Assembly (NCBI GenBank): GCA_951406725.2 | Contig: OX597826.1 | Location: forward strand, 77,500,001 to 77,564,000 | Direction: 5' to 3' | Length of the DNA: 64,000 nt | Source of the DNA: Octopus vulgaris | Lineage: Eukaryota | Shown: positions 11,793 to 25,686 of the stretch, one piece after another | Layout of the letters: the number at the start of each line of letters is the position of its first letter | How positions within the stretch are numbered: the stretch's first letter is position 1 | The notes under the pieces: generated by a model | What the model saw: only the letters and a program-made list of their open reading frames with translations | Database searches by the model: none | Told to the model about the DNA's origin: nothing | Translations under genes and position numbers: made by a program

Positions 11793-14552
11793 TCGAAAGA
11801 TACCTTAGGAATGAAAGCTCTGGTTTAGGACTAATGTTGCCGTAATTTAGCCCCAGGAGACATCGTCTCCAGCTAGCTATACAACACGATCTGTGTCCTT
11901 ATATTTTCAAACAAGGGAATCTAGCACCCCTACTCAGCCATCTGTGTGTAGCCCCTTGTGGGTAGTAAAGAAATATGTATTTCGTCTGTCTTTACGTTCT
12001 GGGTTCAAATTCTGCTGAGGTCGACTTTGCCTTTCATCCTTGCGGGGGTCGATAAATTAAGTACCAGTTACGCACTGGGGGTCGATTTAATCAACTGGCC
12101 TCCTCCCCCTAGAGTAGTAAACGTTATCTGTTTATCGTGATTTCCAGGTTATTTCCCTACATCAGCACGTTGTGAGATTTAAAAATAGTAATTTTCTAAT
12201 TCATAGATCAGTGACTAGTTGTCACTTTGGAAACTATATATTTCGAACGGGAATTTGGCAGCGCCACCTCTAGCCGAACAATTATTCTTTGCTGATGAAG
12301 GGAAATGACTCGGAAATCGCGATACACAGATATTGTTTTGAGCTGAGTGGGGGTGCTAGATTCCCTTGTTCAAAAATATAAGGACACAGATCGTGTCGTA
12401 TAGCCAGCTGGAGACGATGTCTCCTGGGGCTAAATTACAGCAACATTAGTCCTAAACCAGGACTGCCATGTTATGTTGGCAAACAATCTTTACTATTAAT
12501 AATTCACCTTAACCAAAGTTAAGTTACTTGCTCAAGAAGGATCACAAAATAGTTGTGAAGTAAAATCTTGAAATTTCCCACAAAAAAGGGGCAGAGACTG
12601 TGGTTGTGCAGTTAAGAAGTTCACATTGTAAGTATGTGGTTTCAGGTTCAGTCTCACTCTGCAGCACCTGCCAATACACCTCGTGAGTGAGTTTGGTAGA
12701 TGGAAACTGTTAGGAAGCCCATCATACACACACACATTTCATATACATATATATATGGGGGAAGGTTCTCTGTACCCCTCACCATCACTTGACAACTAGT
12801 GTTGGTTTGTTTACATCCCCATAAGTGGATGACCAAAAGAGACCAACAGAATAAGTCTTACAAAAATAAGTCCTGGGATCAATTTGTGGAGCTCCAGTAT
12901 GGCCACAGTCTAATGACTGAAATAAAAGATACAGATATGGTCAATAGCAGATCCCTGCAAACCTCAAGAGCCCCTGAGCCTCACATCTATTAACTAATGT
13001 TTACTCTGTATAAGACAGAAAACTGGCAGAAGCGTTAACACGCCGGACAAAATGCTTAGTGGTACTTTGTCTGTCTTTACATTTTGAGTTCAAATTCCAC
13101 CGAGGTCGACTTTGCCTTTCATCCTTTCAGGGTCGATTAAATAAGTACCAATTACGCACTGGGGTCGATATAATCGACTTAATCCGTTTGCCTGTCCTTG
13201 TTTGTCCCCTCTGTGTTTAGACCCTTGAGGGCAATAAAGAAATAGGTATTTCGTCTGTCTTTGCCTTTCATCCTTTGGGGGTCGATAAATTAAGCACCAC
13301 TTGTGTACTGAAGTCAATCTAATCGATTGGCCCCTCCCCTAAAATTTCAGGCCTTGTGCCTAGAGTAGAAAAGAATATTTACTGTGTCTATTGACCTGTA
13401 TTTAATAATATTAAGTGTTTACTCACCTACAAATCCAGTTACTGATTCACCATTTCTCCACACTACATGGAATCCAAATGTTGAGTTTGGTTCATGGAAA
13501 TTACCGATGCCATGGACGAGAGAGTGAGTATTTCCTGCAGCTCCTGGACTTTGTTCCACAGCAGTTCGGTACTCACCTAAAATAAATAAATATATCATTC
13601 TGTTTATCTTAAAATCATGGATATACAATAGAAAGCCACAAAACTGTGATATTCATCTCGAGAAAGCATCTCATTTAGATGGAGAGAGTTAAAGAATAAC
13701 AAAAGCAACAGTGAAAAGAATCCCAGGGTGGGAATTGTTAAATCTAAATTTCTGCATCTTTGAGTGCTATTAATGCATTCGTGCTGAAATTTTTCTATTG
13801 AATGAAATTGCCTGAAAATTCACAGATACCATTATTTTGACTTGAATAACAACTGAAAAAAATTTAATTGAAATCCGTTTGATACAGACTGCGTACGTGT
13901 TAAGAACAGGTTTCATTCTTTGATACAGATCATACACAAATCACAATTTGCATCAAGTATTTGTTTTACACCCTTATAAATTAAGGGTCAGTTTAAGCAG
14001 ACGATCGGCTTGAATGCGTTAATAGCAAATATCCACCAACAAATGCATGCCTTTGTCAAATTTAACCCAAACTGATATGGGCAAACAGTAATTGAGAAAT
14101 TACTCGTGTAGAAGATAACTGGTGAGCTGGATACAAATTTGAATTATCGTCATCATCATTGTTTAATGTCGATTTTCCATGCTGGCATGGGTTGGATGGC
14201 TTGACAGGAGCTGGCAAGTTGGAAGACTGCGAAGCTCTGCTGTCTGCTTGCCGTCCTTTCTACGGCTGGATGCCCCTTCGAATACCAACCACTTTACAGA
14301 GTGTGGACTGGGTGCTTTTTATGTGACACCAACAGCAGTATCACACACAAGAAAGCAGTGCAAAAAAAGTGGAAAAAAGAACAGTTGAGGCGCAGGAGTG
14401 GCTGTGTGTGGTAAGTAGCTTGCTAACCAACTACATGGTTCCGGGTTCAGTCCCACTGCGTGGCATCTTGGGCAAGTGTCTTCTACTATAACCTCGGGCC
14501 GACCAAAGCCTTGTGAGTGGATTTGGTAGACGGAAACTGAATGAAGCCCGTC

Positions 14553-14589
<37 letters not shown>

Positions 14590-17500
14590 TGTGTGTGTTT
14601 GTGTGTCTGTGTTTGTCCCCCTAGCATTGCTTGACAACTGATGCTGGTGTGTTTATGTCCCTGAAGTGACAGTTTTGTTCAACATTTTTGTCAGACAGTT
14701 CTGTCTGACAATATATTCACGCATAATACACATTAACACTACAGAAGGCACATAGGTGCAATCACACTAGAAAATATACGTTTGTTTAAAATAGGTGGGG
14801 ATGATTTGAAAGAGATTTAGCTAACGGTACAGGGGAGACAACTTTCTTATATAAATAAGAGTTATCTCCCTTGAAGTCTTTAAACGTTATGGACAGTTAA
14901 AAGGAGGTTTTAGACATTTCGCAGAAGCAAAAAGCGTTTACGGCAAACGGTTTGTGCATACCTGTCTGTGACCAACTTAAACATGAGGGCATAGTAAACT
15001 TATTCCATCGTCCCGTTTATCACAAGCACCTTCTCCTAAGCTGTCTTCAGTACCGCGGTTGCTATATTTAGATAGTATTTCTGGGACGCAAAATATTTTT
15101 TCCCCACGGGAGTTCCTGACCCCGGTTATGAACTCATTTGCATACAGCAAATCTGGGCTCAGCTATCAAACTAATTTATGAGCGCCCAACAAGTGATGGG
15201 AGATAAGGTAAGGTCACTTGGGTAAGGAATGACCATGCTTCTTTTCTCTTTTAAGAATGCTTGTTTTCTCTTTTAAGAATGCTTAAAAATAATAATAATG
15301 AAATTATTGTATACAGTGCTCAGGTGCACCACAACTTGTCAGAAAGTGCATATAAAGTACATGCAGTAATGTAGAAATGTCTGGAAAGCGAACAATGTAT
15401 GAGTCAGATACATGCTTGTGTGTGTATGGAGGGGAGAAAATCAAGTATAGTGTTGGCGAATCTCAGGAAGCATGGAAGTTTTGAAGGATGCAGTGCTCCG
15501 ACAACTAACAACTGATGCTGGCAGTTTGTTCCATGCTTCAGCAACTCTCAGCGTGAAAAAATGTTTCCTGAAGTCATGGGAGCTGTGCTGTTTTCTTACT
15601 TTGTAAATATGTCCACTGGTGTTAGATGGGTGGAGTTTGAAAAGGTGCTCAGTGTTATTGTTTGTGCGATGGTTGATAATTTTAAGGGTGTCTGCCAGGT
15701 CAGCTGCCAGACGTCGGAGTTTCAATCTATCCATGTTGTTCTTGTTCATGTTTTAACCATGGCTGCCTCTGAGTAGTTATTTGTGTTGTTGTTTACTTTG
15801 TAAGACAGCAAAGGGAGAGGGTTGCTAGCATATCACTCTCTACCCACATCTTTACCACATGGGGCCCTAACAAAATCCGATAATAGGTATGGATGAAAAT
15901 CTATCTAATTATTTGTCTCCTAACTTGGCCATCGGTCAACTTACAACTGTTCTTCGTCTTCAGTTTACTTGGTAGAGTGTGTCTGTTAAGTTGATAAGGT
16001 CATAGTGAGCTCTGATTGGCTGTATGCAAATGAGTTTATTACTGGGGTCCGGAACTTTCGTGGGAAAAAAAAAATTCGCTTCTGGGGACAGAGGATAGCT
16101 TCCACTTTTCTCTCTCTCCAAACAGATCTCAGGTTACTGAAACTTCAGAGATGCTATTAAAACAGGGACAAAAAAAAAGGGAGGTGGTATGCTGCTACAT
16201 TGTAGATCTGCCCAACCCACACGTTTATCCCCACCATAACCAAATATTAAGAATTAAGCCAAATATAGAAGAATAAATAAAACCAAAAATGAAATCAGCA
16301 ACTACGTTCAGAAAGCAAATACCCCCAGAAAGCAAATATAGAAAACCATGCATTGAAGACACCCAGCAGAGATTAGGAAGGGCTGGGTACCTCAACCACT
16401 TAGCCATGCACCTTCACCAAAAAAGTCACATCATGTTTTAATGCACAAAATCTCTGTTCCTGAATATGTGCAGCTGAAATTGGAATGCACTGAATATGCC
16501 AGGTGTTTGTTATGTCATCAAATATGGGACATTTATTTAAAAAAAACAAAAAAAAAACATTTGCATACAAATCCATTAAAAAATAATAAAAATAGGGGAA
16601 GAAAATGGAAACAATCATCATTATCATTATCACCACCACCACCACCACCACCATCATCAGTGGTGTCGGGCGTCAACGAAGAGCCCTCGACTGCAACAAG
16701 ATGACCAAAGTTTTTTTTGTTTTTTTTTTTCCTAAGGTCTGGGATCTCCTGCCCCTAAGCCCTAGACCATCACCTAATCACCCTTACTCGTCTTGTTGCT
16801 TAACAACAACAACCATCAGTAGCAGCAGTCACAGCGTTACGGAAACGAGGAAGAGACGTATGGGGAAGGAATTTGAAAGAAGAGCAATTTCAAATCGTTA
16901 AATTATTTACGAGGATAGAGAGAAGAAAAGAACAGAAAAGAGAAGAGTATGAAGCTGTTACCTTTGATTATACCGGCATTGTCTTGTTTGAGTATAACCT
17001 CTGAACCAAGCTCATTGTACCATGTTCCCTCTAGTTTACACGGCGGTGTGGCTGATTCTGAAAAGCAAGAACACATGAGTTGATAAGAATTTCTTAAACG
17101 GTAGGCTTTGATAATGCCACAGAGAAGTCTAGTCAAGGTTTTCTTCAATTCCAATATTTGTGGGGTGGCAATGGAACTACTGGAGAACGCTTTCATTCTC
17201 AACAACCTTTTGAGTATGAATGGGGTTTCTTCTTAAAACCAAAGATGAATGGTAAGAGCAGTTGTAGGAAATTGTACCGTAAACATTTTTGCCATAGGAA
17301 AATTCACCATAAAAAAATATATTCACTACCAAAAAGTATATTCACTGTCAAAAAATATATTTTCCGTTAAAAAATATATTCTCTGTCAAAAAATGTATTC
17401 TCTGTCAAAAAATATATTTACCATCAAAAAATATATTCTCCATCAAAAAATATATTCACTACAAAAAAATATATTTACCATCAAAAAATATATTCACCGT

Positions 17501-20500
17501 CAAAAAATATATTCTGTCAAAAAATATATTCACTGTCAAAAAATATATTGTCAAAAAATATATTCACCGTCAAAAAATATATTTATCATCAAAAAATATA
17601 TTCACTACAAAAAAATATATTTACCGTCAAAAAATATATTCTCCGTCAAAAAATATATTTACTGTCCAAAAAAGAAAAAAAAAGATTAGCCATTTTCTTA
17701 AAATGGTAACTTCAACTAATCTTCTAATTAGAGAAAGATAATTTTTTTTTTAAGTGAATCATTGAAGTTTGCAGTCAGCGACATTTGCTACAGCAAATTT
17801 TCCCACATGAAAAATGTTTACGATGAATTTTCTGGACATGAGTGAGAGCATAAGAACATGTGAAGACTTGTCTATATGCAGAAAAAGAATGAGATTTTGA
17901 AGTGATTTGAAACTGTGAAACAAGTTTACTTCGTGCCATTAAGCGCAGCGAGGTGGAAGTAAGGTGTTGTTGAACCCCATGTCTGCCATGACCAAGCAGG
18001 CTTGCAATCAAAAGCATTCCATTCATGACCATCCCATCTTTTTGCTTAGAGGTAATGCAGTACCATGGACTAAATTATCCAATATATTATTCTTAAGACA
18101 ACTGAAAGTGATTTAAAGGCTACGATTGGTGTGCAGAGCTAACAGAGAAGTGATGAGCAAAGGCTAAGGGGCAATAAATGAAGCTGAGTTAGTTATAGGG
18201 ACAACATTTCTATCCAGTTCCTATCGACACTATGTGCCACTCTGACACCCACATCTGCCAACCACACTGAGCAGGGCCACTTACTCATTGCTGCCGCTGG
18301 ACGGTGTTGTGGGTGGCGTTCTTTGCCAGCACTGGACAACCTGTTAGGTTTACGTTTGGCGAAATTCCTATAGAATCCATGTGAGTCATACTTCTTCCAT
18401 CGGGTGTCAGTGCTCTCCCGCAGCAGTGGTTCCCATGATTCTGCAACAAGAACCAGGTTATTCTGCATAGAGAAACTGACATCACAGAAATATCGGATTT
18501 TTTTTTTAAAAAAAAACAATTCAAATAAACTCTTTTATTTTTTTTTTTCAGAATTTCAGATCAGAGTTGGGGGTTTAAATATTAAAAATAAAAATAAAAG
18601 AAACAATTATATACAACAGGCTTCTTTCAGTTTCCATCAACCAAATCCACTCACAAGGTTTTGGTCGGCCTGAGGCTATTGAAGGGGACATCTGACCAAG
18701 GTGTTGTGCAATGACACTGAACCCAAGACCCCATGGTTGTGAAGCAAGATTCTCAACCACACAAACTGTGCCTATATTTTCCCAGTTAAAAGTTGATTGA
18801 TAAAGATTTCAAAGAGGTCAGTGTTACCAATGAGTTTGAGATGGTGTGTGTGTGTGTGTGCGTGTGTGTGTGTTAGATAGATAGATAGACAGAGAGACAG
18901 ATAGATGGATAGATAGACAGACAGACAGACAGACAGATAGATAGATATGTTTCTTTATTGGCCACATAGGGCTGAACACAGAGGGGACGAAATACAAAGT
19001 AGAGCTTTTCTTTTTGGGAAGAAGAGGAAAAAAATAAAAGTGGATCGAATTTCGATCAAAAGATAGATAGATTGATAGACGATAGTTAGATAGATAGATA
19101 GACGATAGATAGATAGACAGACGGATGGCTGGATAGATAGATACTACCTCAAAAGCACCCAGTACACTCTGTAAAGTGGCTGGGATTAGAAAGAGCATCC
19201 AGCAGTAGAAGCCATACCAAAGCAGACAATGGAACTTGGTACATTACTATGACTGACCAGTTCCTGTCAAACCAGCTGACCCAAGCGGTTTTATACGAGT
19301 ACCAGTGTGTGCATAGGTGTGTGTGTGTGTGTGTTTGTATATACACAGTCAAAAGTGATTAAGTTTACTACGAACGCAACTCTGTAAGCTGTTGCTGGTG
19401 CCACACACATCCAAAACTCCAACATTATATTATTGCAAAGATACAAATATGGAAAGCCCAGATCGAAAGGAATTGCTCAACCATGCAGCCACATTGAAAA
19501 ACAAAAAAACAAAAATAAAATGAGGATTATCTTTTAATCTTTAACTTGCTCCAGTCTTTAGACTGCGTCCATGCTGGAGCACAGCCTTAAAGAAATTTTA
19601 GTTGAATGAATGAACCCAATTGCTTACTTTTAAATCTGTTGCTTATTTTATCAGTTTCCTTTAGCCAAATTGTTAAGGCATGGAGATGTAAACACACCAA
19701 TGCCAGTTGTCAAGCAGTGGGGTGGAGGGCAAACAGACAGCCAGACAGACACCCCTTCCCACATATGGACAACGGGCTTCTTTCAGTTTCCTTGTGTCAA
19801 ACCCACTCACAAGAATTTGGTTGGATCAAGGCTACAGTAGAAGACACTTGCCCAAGATGCCATGCAGTGGGACTGAACCCAGAACCATGTGGTTGGGGAG
19901 CAAGCTTCTTATCACACAGCCATGCTTGCACCTATTGTGGCAAGGAAACTGAAATGATGTCCTGAAATCAATGCATTTCCTAATAATAATAAAAATAATA
20001 TTTGCCGGGTCAGAGTGCTTGTATTTTAATATAGCATTGAGTAGTTTGAGGGTGACTTTGATATTATTTCTAGCTTCCTCTGAAGGACTGACTTGGTAGG
20101 TTCCATAATGAAGATGGTGCTGTTCTAGAAGAGACTTACCTGGTAAATTTGACAGTTTCACTAATGGTTTCATAGATTTGTCACTTGAAGAAGAATAATT
20201 CTACAAGAAAATAAAATACACTTTAGTATATGTGTGTATATTTGTGATTATATATGTGTGTGTATATGTTGGAGGGGAGTAGTCATATGTGTACACAATA
20301 AATTTACACACAAATTACATTTGGAATGAGTAAAATATCTTTTAGTGCTAATGGCAATTATTGTCAAGAGGAGCAAGGGAGACAACCCAAAAATGTTAAT
20401 TCAAAAAAACCAATATGCAGTAAAAGAGTAAATTGAATTTTTGTCAGTCATTTTACTTAATTGTTAAATGAGTGAAAGATTGTCTCTCAAAAGACTAAAG

Positions 20501-23500
20501 ACTAATGCATGAAGAAAACTGTGTTGAATCCTTTAGGATTTAAACCGGTCATGTCCTGCTCAAATATTCTTGCTGTTTTATGTTCAAACTGGCCATATCC
20601 AGCCTCTCACACTTACTCTACAATGACATTCTAAAAATAAACAATTGAAATCTAAAAGCTATGAGATAATGGCAAGATTAATTCAAAACTATGTGAATAA
20701 ATGATCGTTACATTTGACAACAACCTGACTGTTATGGAGGTAAACCACAAGTGAAAAAATATCTCACTCGTCAAGGGAACATTCTATGAAAGTCAAACAA
20801 GTGCAGTACATGAAGCAGTGAAGTGGCAGCCATGAAAGCAGTGGACATATTTGTTCCAGCTCTCGGCTGTCTAGGTTCAAATCCAGCTAAGGCCAACTGT
20901 GTACTTTCGGCCTTTTGGGGCCAATGAGATAAAGAACCAGAACAGGGTGAGAGATTGGTAGGGGTTCTTTGGGTGCTAGAGTGAAAAAAAGAAAAAAAAC
21001 TAGAACTAATGCTGCAAGACATCTTGTGTAAGTTCTTGGGTGGTAGACTGATGCCATTCACCTGGTTTATTAGCGCCACCTGGTCCTTGACTATTTCCAG
21101 CAAAGTTTATTATGTTCCAAGTTTCTGATTTGAGGGCAACTTCTTCTCTCTGTCCCACCTATCATGGAGTCTCTAAAAAAATTAAAGATCAAGGCTACCA
21201 CCCTTCCTTACCTAACTAAATGGTTAAAACAAACATAAACACACTTGTTCAAAGGTGATTAGGGCTTGGGTTGCAACAACAGACTCTATTTTAAGCACAA
21301 TTGTGGCAATTTTGAGGAGTGGGGTAAGTTAATATCATTAACTTCTGGATTTGATTGGCACTTTATTTCACTGACCCCAGAGTGATGAAAGGGCAAGTTG
21401 TCACTTGTGTGATTTGAACTGAGAACATTAGAAAATTCATAATACCACAAGGCATTTGATCTCACTTTCCAAAGATTCTGCCAGTTTACTGTCAAATAAC
21501 AAAAATAATAAAATAATATTCATACTAATACTACAACTCTTTTCTACTCTAGGCCGGTGGGGGGGGAGTCAATTAGATCGACCCCAGTATGCAACTGGTG
21601 CTTAATTTATCACCCCCAAAAGGATGAAAGGCAAAGTCGACCACAGTGGAATTTGAACTCAGAATGTAAAGACGGACAAAATACAGCTAAGCATTTCGCC
21701 CGGCGTGCTGACATTTCTGCCAGCTTGCTGCCATTCTACTACTACTACTACTACTAATAATAATAATAATAATAATAATCCTTTGTACTATAGGCACAAG
21801 TCCTGGAATTTGGGGGGATGGGGATAGTCGATTACATCAACCCCATTACACAACTGGTACTTATTTTATCAACTTTGAAAGGATGACAGGCTAAGTCTAC
21901 CTTGGAAGAATTTGAACTCAGAGCACAAAGACAGACGAAACACTGCAAAGCATTTCGCCCAGCGTGCTAATGTCTTTGCCAGCTTGCAGCCTTGGAATAC
22001 TGTTTTCTACTCTAGGCACAAGGCCCGAAATTTGGGGGAAGGAGGCCGGTTGATTAGATTGACCCCAGTGTGCAACTGGTACTTAAATTATCCACCCCAA
22101 AAGGATGAAAGGCAAAGTCGACCTCGGCGGAATTTGAACTCAGAACATAAAGACAGACGAAATACATATTTCTTTACTACCCACAAGGGGCTAAACACAG
22201 AGAGGACAAACAAGGACAGACAAATGGATTAAGTCGATTACATCGACCCCAGTGCATAACTGGTACTTAATTTATTAACCCCGAAAGGATGAAAGGCAAA
22301 GTCGACCTCGGCGGAATTTGAACTCAGTACGTAACAGCAGACGTAATCCTGCTAAGCATTTCGCCCGGCGTGCTAACGTTTCTGCCAGCTCGCCACCTTT
22401 ATATAATAACAACAACAACACCAGTAATATATGTATGTCGGCTCCATAAAATGATTATACAAAAAAGAAGGAAATAAAGAGGATGAAAAGACAGTTGTTT
22501 ATACATACTGATGGTCGTTCCGGGACGTGTGTATCTTTTTCTTTTCGAGGACCAGGTTTCTGTTCATAACGTGTGAAAATGTCACGGCCTATTCTGTTTG
22601 ATTTCCATTTATCATCACAGCTACTTGCCTGAGAGTGTAAGAGCCAGGTGGTCAAAAGTTTCTCGTGCCCTCCGAGGCACACGACACACTGACCTGCAAC
22701 ACAAAAGAGAATCCAGGCACATGAGTATAGAAGGACAGATATAAATACATACATCTATATGTGTGCATACACACAAACATATATATCACATATACATACA
22801 TACATATATAAACATTCGTATATATATATATATAAACATACACACAAAAAATATACACATATCATCATCGTTTAACGTCCGTTCTCCATGCTAGCATATA
22901 TATACGAATATAAATATATACATATGTACATACACATATACACACACGTATATACATATGCACACATATGTACATACATGTGTACACATATATATATATA
23001 TATATACATTTTAAATGATGATGATGATTATATATATATATACATATGTACATACATATATATACATCCTATATTGTACATAAATGTAAATATATATATA
23101 TTATATACACACACAGATATGTACATGCATATACATACACATTATACATATATACACATATATATTTTTCATGGTTTCATTTAGACATAGCAATATTAAT
23201 AAGAAGCTGCTAGAACTCATCTGCTCCAGAATAAAGCAAGAGGCAAATACAGAGCATTATGGGAAATAATTGACGAACAACAACAAGAGAACAATAATCA
23301 AGTGATCGACTTCATAAGCTTACTGCTGTTTCTGCTATGACACACAACCACTCTGCTCTGAGAATTCACTGTACCTTAAAGCAGAAACAACTATAAGCCA
23401 ATGATTATATAATTCCTGTTTTCTTGCCTTTCAACCAATATATCATCACCATCATGATCACCACCACCACCACCACCACCACCACCACCATCATCATCAT

Positions 23501-24747
23501 CGTCATCATCTAACGACCATTTTCCATGCTGATATGGGTTGGACTGTTTGACAGAAGCTGGCAAGTCAGAAAGCTGCACTAAAGTCCAGTTTGTCTAACT
23601 TGGTACAGTTTCTATAACGGGACTGAACCTGGAACCATGTGGTTGGTAAGCAAAGCTACTTACCACACCCCACAACTCTCATATTGGATATTCCCAAACA
23701 CCCCCAGGGTGCACCCAAGCTATTTCCCTGTTCACCATCCAAAACAAGCAAAATGTTTCCAAGAAGTGTTCATAGAAGCTGAAGAAGTCAAGTTGGCCAA
23801 GGCTGTGAGGACGTAGAATGGATGGATACCTGTGTAAAAGGTGCAGCTACTGCCGCTGCGTCTGTTCCTATGCAGAACCACTAGGATACCATTCAACTGG
23901 TCAGAAAGGATACAAAGCAGCCCAGGTCAATTCAGGCGAAACGAAAGACAGGATGACCTTGTACACGCCAACGAATGTTTCTACCATACTTGCAGATCAG
24001 GTTTTTACGAAGTCATTGAAATACACACAAACGTGTGCGTTAATTAAGGTGTTATTTGTTAAATATGGAAATTAATTTTTATTTAATTAATGAAAACAAA
24101 GGAAAAGAACGATAAAGGTTGAGAGAGATTTAGTTTAGATATTGTATAAAAGATTTAGGAAGACGGAAAATGGGAGAGAGAGAGAGAGAGGATGAGGGGG
24201 AGATCTGGATGTAAGGGAGGCAACTGGGATTTGACAAATTTTTACAGATTTTATGCCTATGGCTTACACACACGCATTTATGCAAAGATGAACGTTTAGT
24301 CGGCAAAATGTTATAACAGTGATTGAAGGACCAAGAGATTCGTTTATAGAACTTATCAAACCTAAATTTGTAACTTTTTAATTAAATATACATACATTTA
24401 TATATACATATATATATATATATGTATAGAAGAATACAGTACATTCAAATACATAATTGCAACTATTAGTGGCTTGGAGTTTTAACTGCTCTTTCTAGTG
24501 AGTCAGATAGCCTATTTTTTGGTTATCTCTTATATGTTTGAATGTACAGTGTATTCTTCTATGAATAATGAATAGTCTATTGACTAAATTTTTCCATCTC
24601 GCTAGACCACTGGTAACTAAGAATTTTTCTATGAATATTCTTGCTACCCTAAGATTTTTAATTATATATATATATATGACTAGAAATATTTTTTGCTTCT
24701 TTTCATGGAGACAAAAGGGTTTATAGGACTGCAAAAAAGAAGTTTTT

Positions 24748-24794
<47 letters not shown>

Positions 24795-25654
24795 TCCAGT
24801 AGTTGAGCGTTCTGTTTATCCTATTTGTTCCACCAAATCTATACACATGTATTTACAAGTTCTCTTAAAATATAGTCAAAGAGTTTATGATCCGATACTC
24901 TTAGAACCGAAACAGAATTCAATCCTTGGAACTCAACTAAAAGTCTACAATATATTCTACAAGTTTTTTTTTTTTGGGGGGGGGGGTTATATTTATTTTC
25001 TAAATTATTAGAACTCTTCTTACAAGGAAGGATCTGTTTTCTAAGAATGGAATAAAATGCCACTGCTTAAAATTGGATAACAACAATAGGTGTTATGTAT
25101 TGAACTTTAGAAAAATCTTGCATATTTTTATTGTTCTACTTATTGTATTGGCAAAGAGTGAGTACACCAATCACTTTGTTTGAAAACATTCTAGCTTTCC
25201 CAGGTTGTTAATTATACATTTACTAACAAAGACTAGTTCACTATTATTGGTATAGTTTTGAAATTATAATTACAGTCAAGAAGCTGCCGTTTTCAAAGCA
25301 GATGTCCATAAATACTCTTCTTTTCAGTGACCTTGAAAGAGATGGTCATAACTGCTGGACAGCTGACCTCGGTGGCTCTGCATGGTCTTCCTTTCTCTCC
25401 CAAATAACAATGTCAGGCTTGTTTATGTTAGCACTTGATAGAAGTTTTGATAGCAATGTTCTGCCAACACAGCTTCTGCTTTTATGGAAGTATTTGACAG
25501 CAGAAGTTGTCATGCATGCACATAAATATGCAGGATACGTACATACGGATGCACACACATACATGCATATATACATATGCATACACACACATATATACAT
25601 ACACATACAATCACACACATACATACGTACATACGTACATGCATGCATGTATAG

Positions 25655-25686
<32 letters not shown>

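Noticed and set aside
17249-17689. 146-aa Lys/Ile/Tyr-rich ORF; the array superficially resembles CRISPR
   Set aside because: It is a translation of a 19-bp minisatellite with no unique spacers, in a eukaryotic context.
18285-18524. Alternative frame NHGNHCCGRALTPDG...QRQQ* as the main product
   Set aside because: Its stop coincides with a strong GTAAGT donor, and the other frame continues cleanly into domain 2. Kept only as a possible minor isoform.
23700-24075. Non-repetitive-looking ORFs with a Cys cluster (CKRCSYCRCVC)
   Set aside because: No recognisable domain in any frame. Likely a decayed repeat that cannot be assigned without a search.
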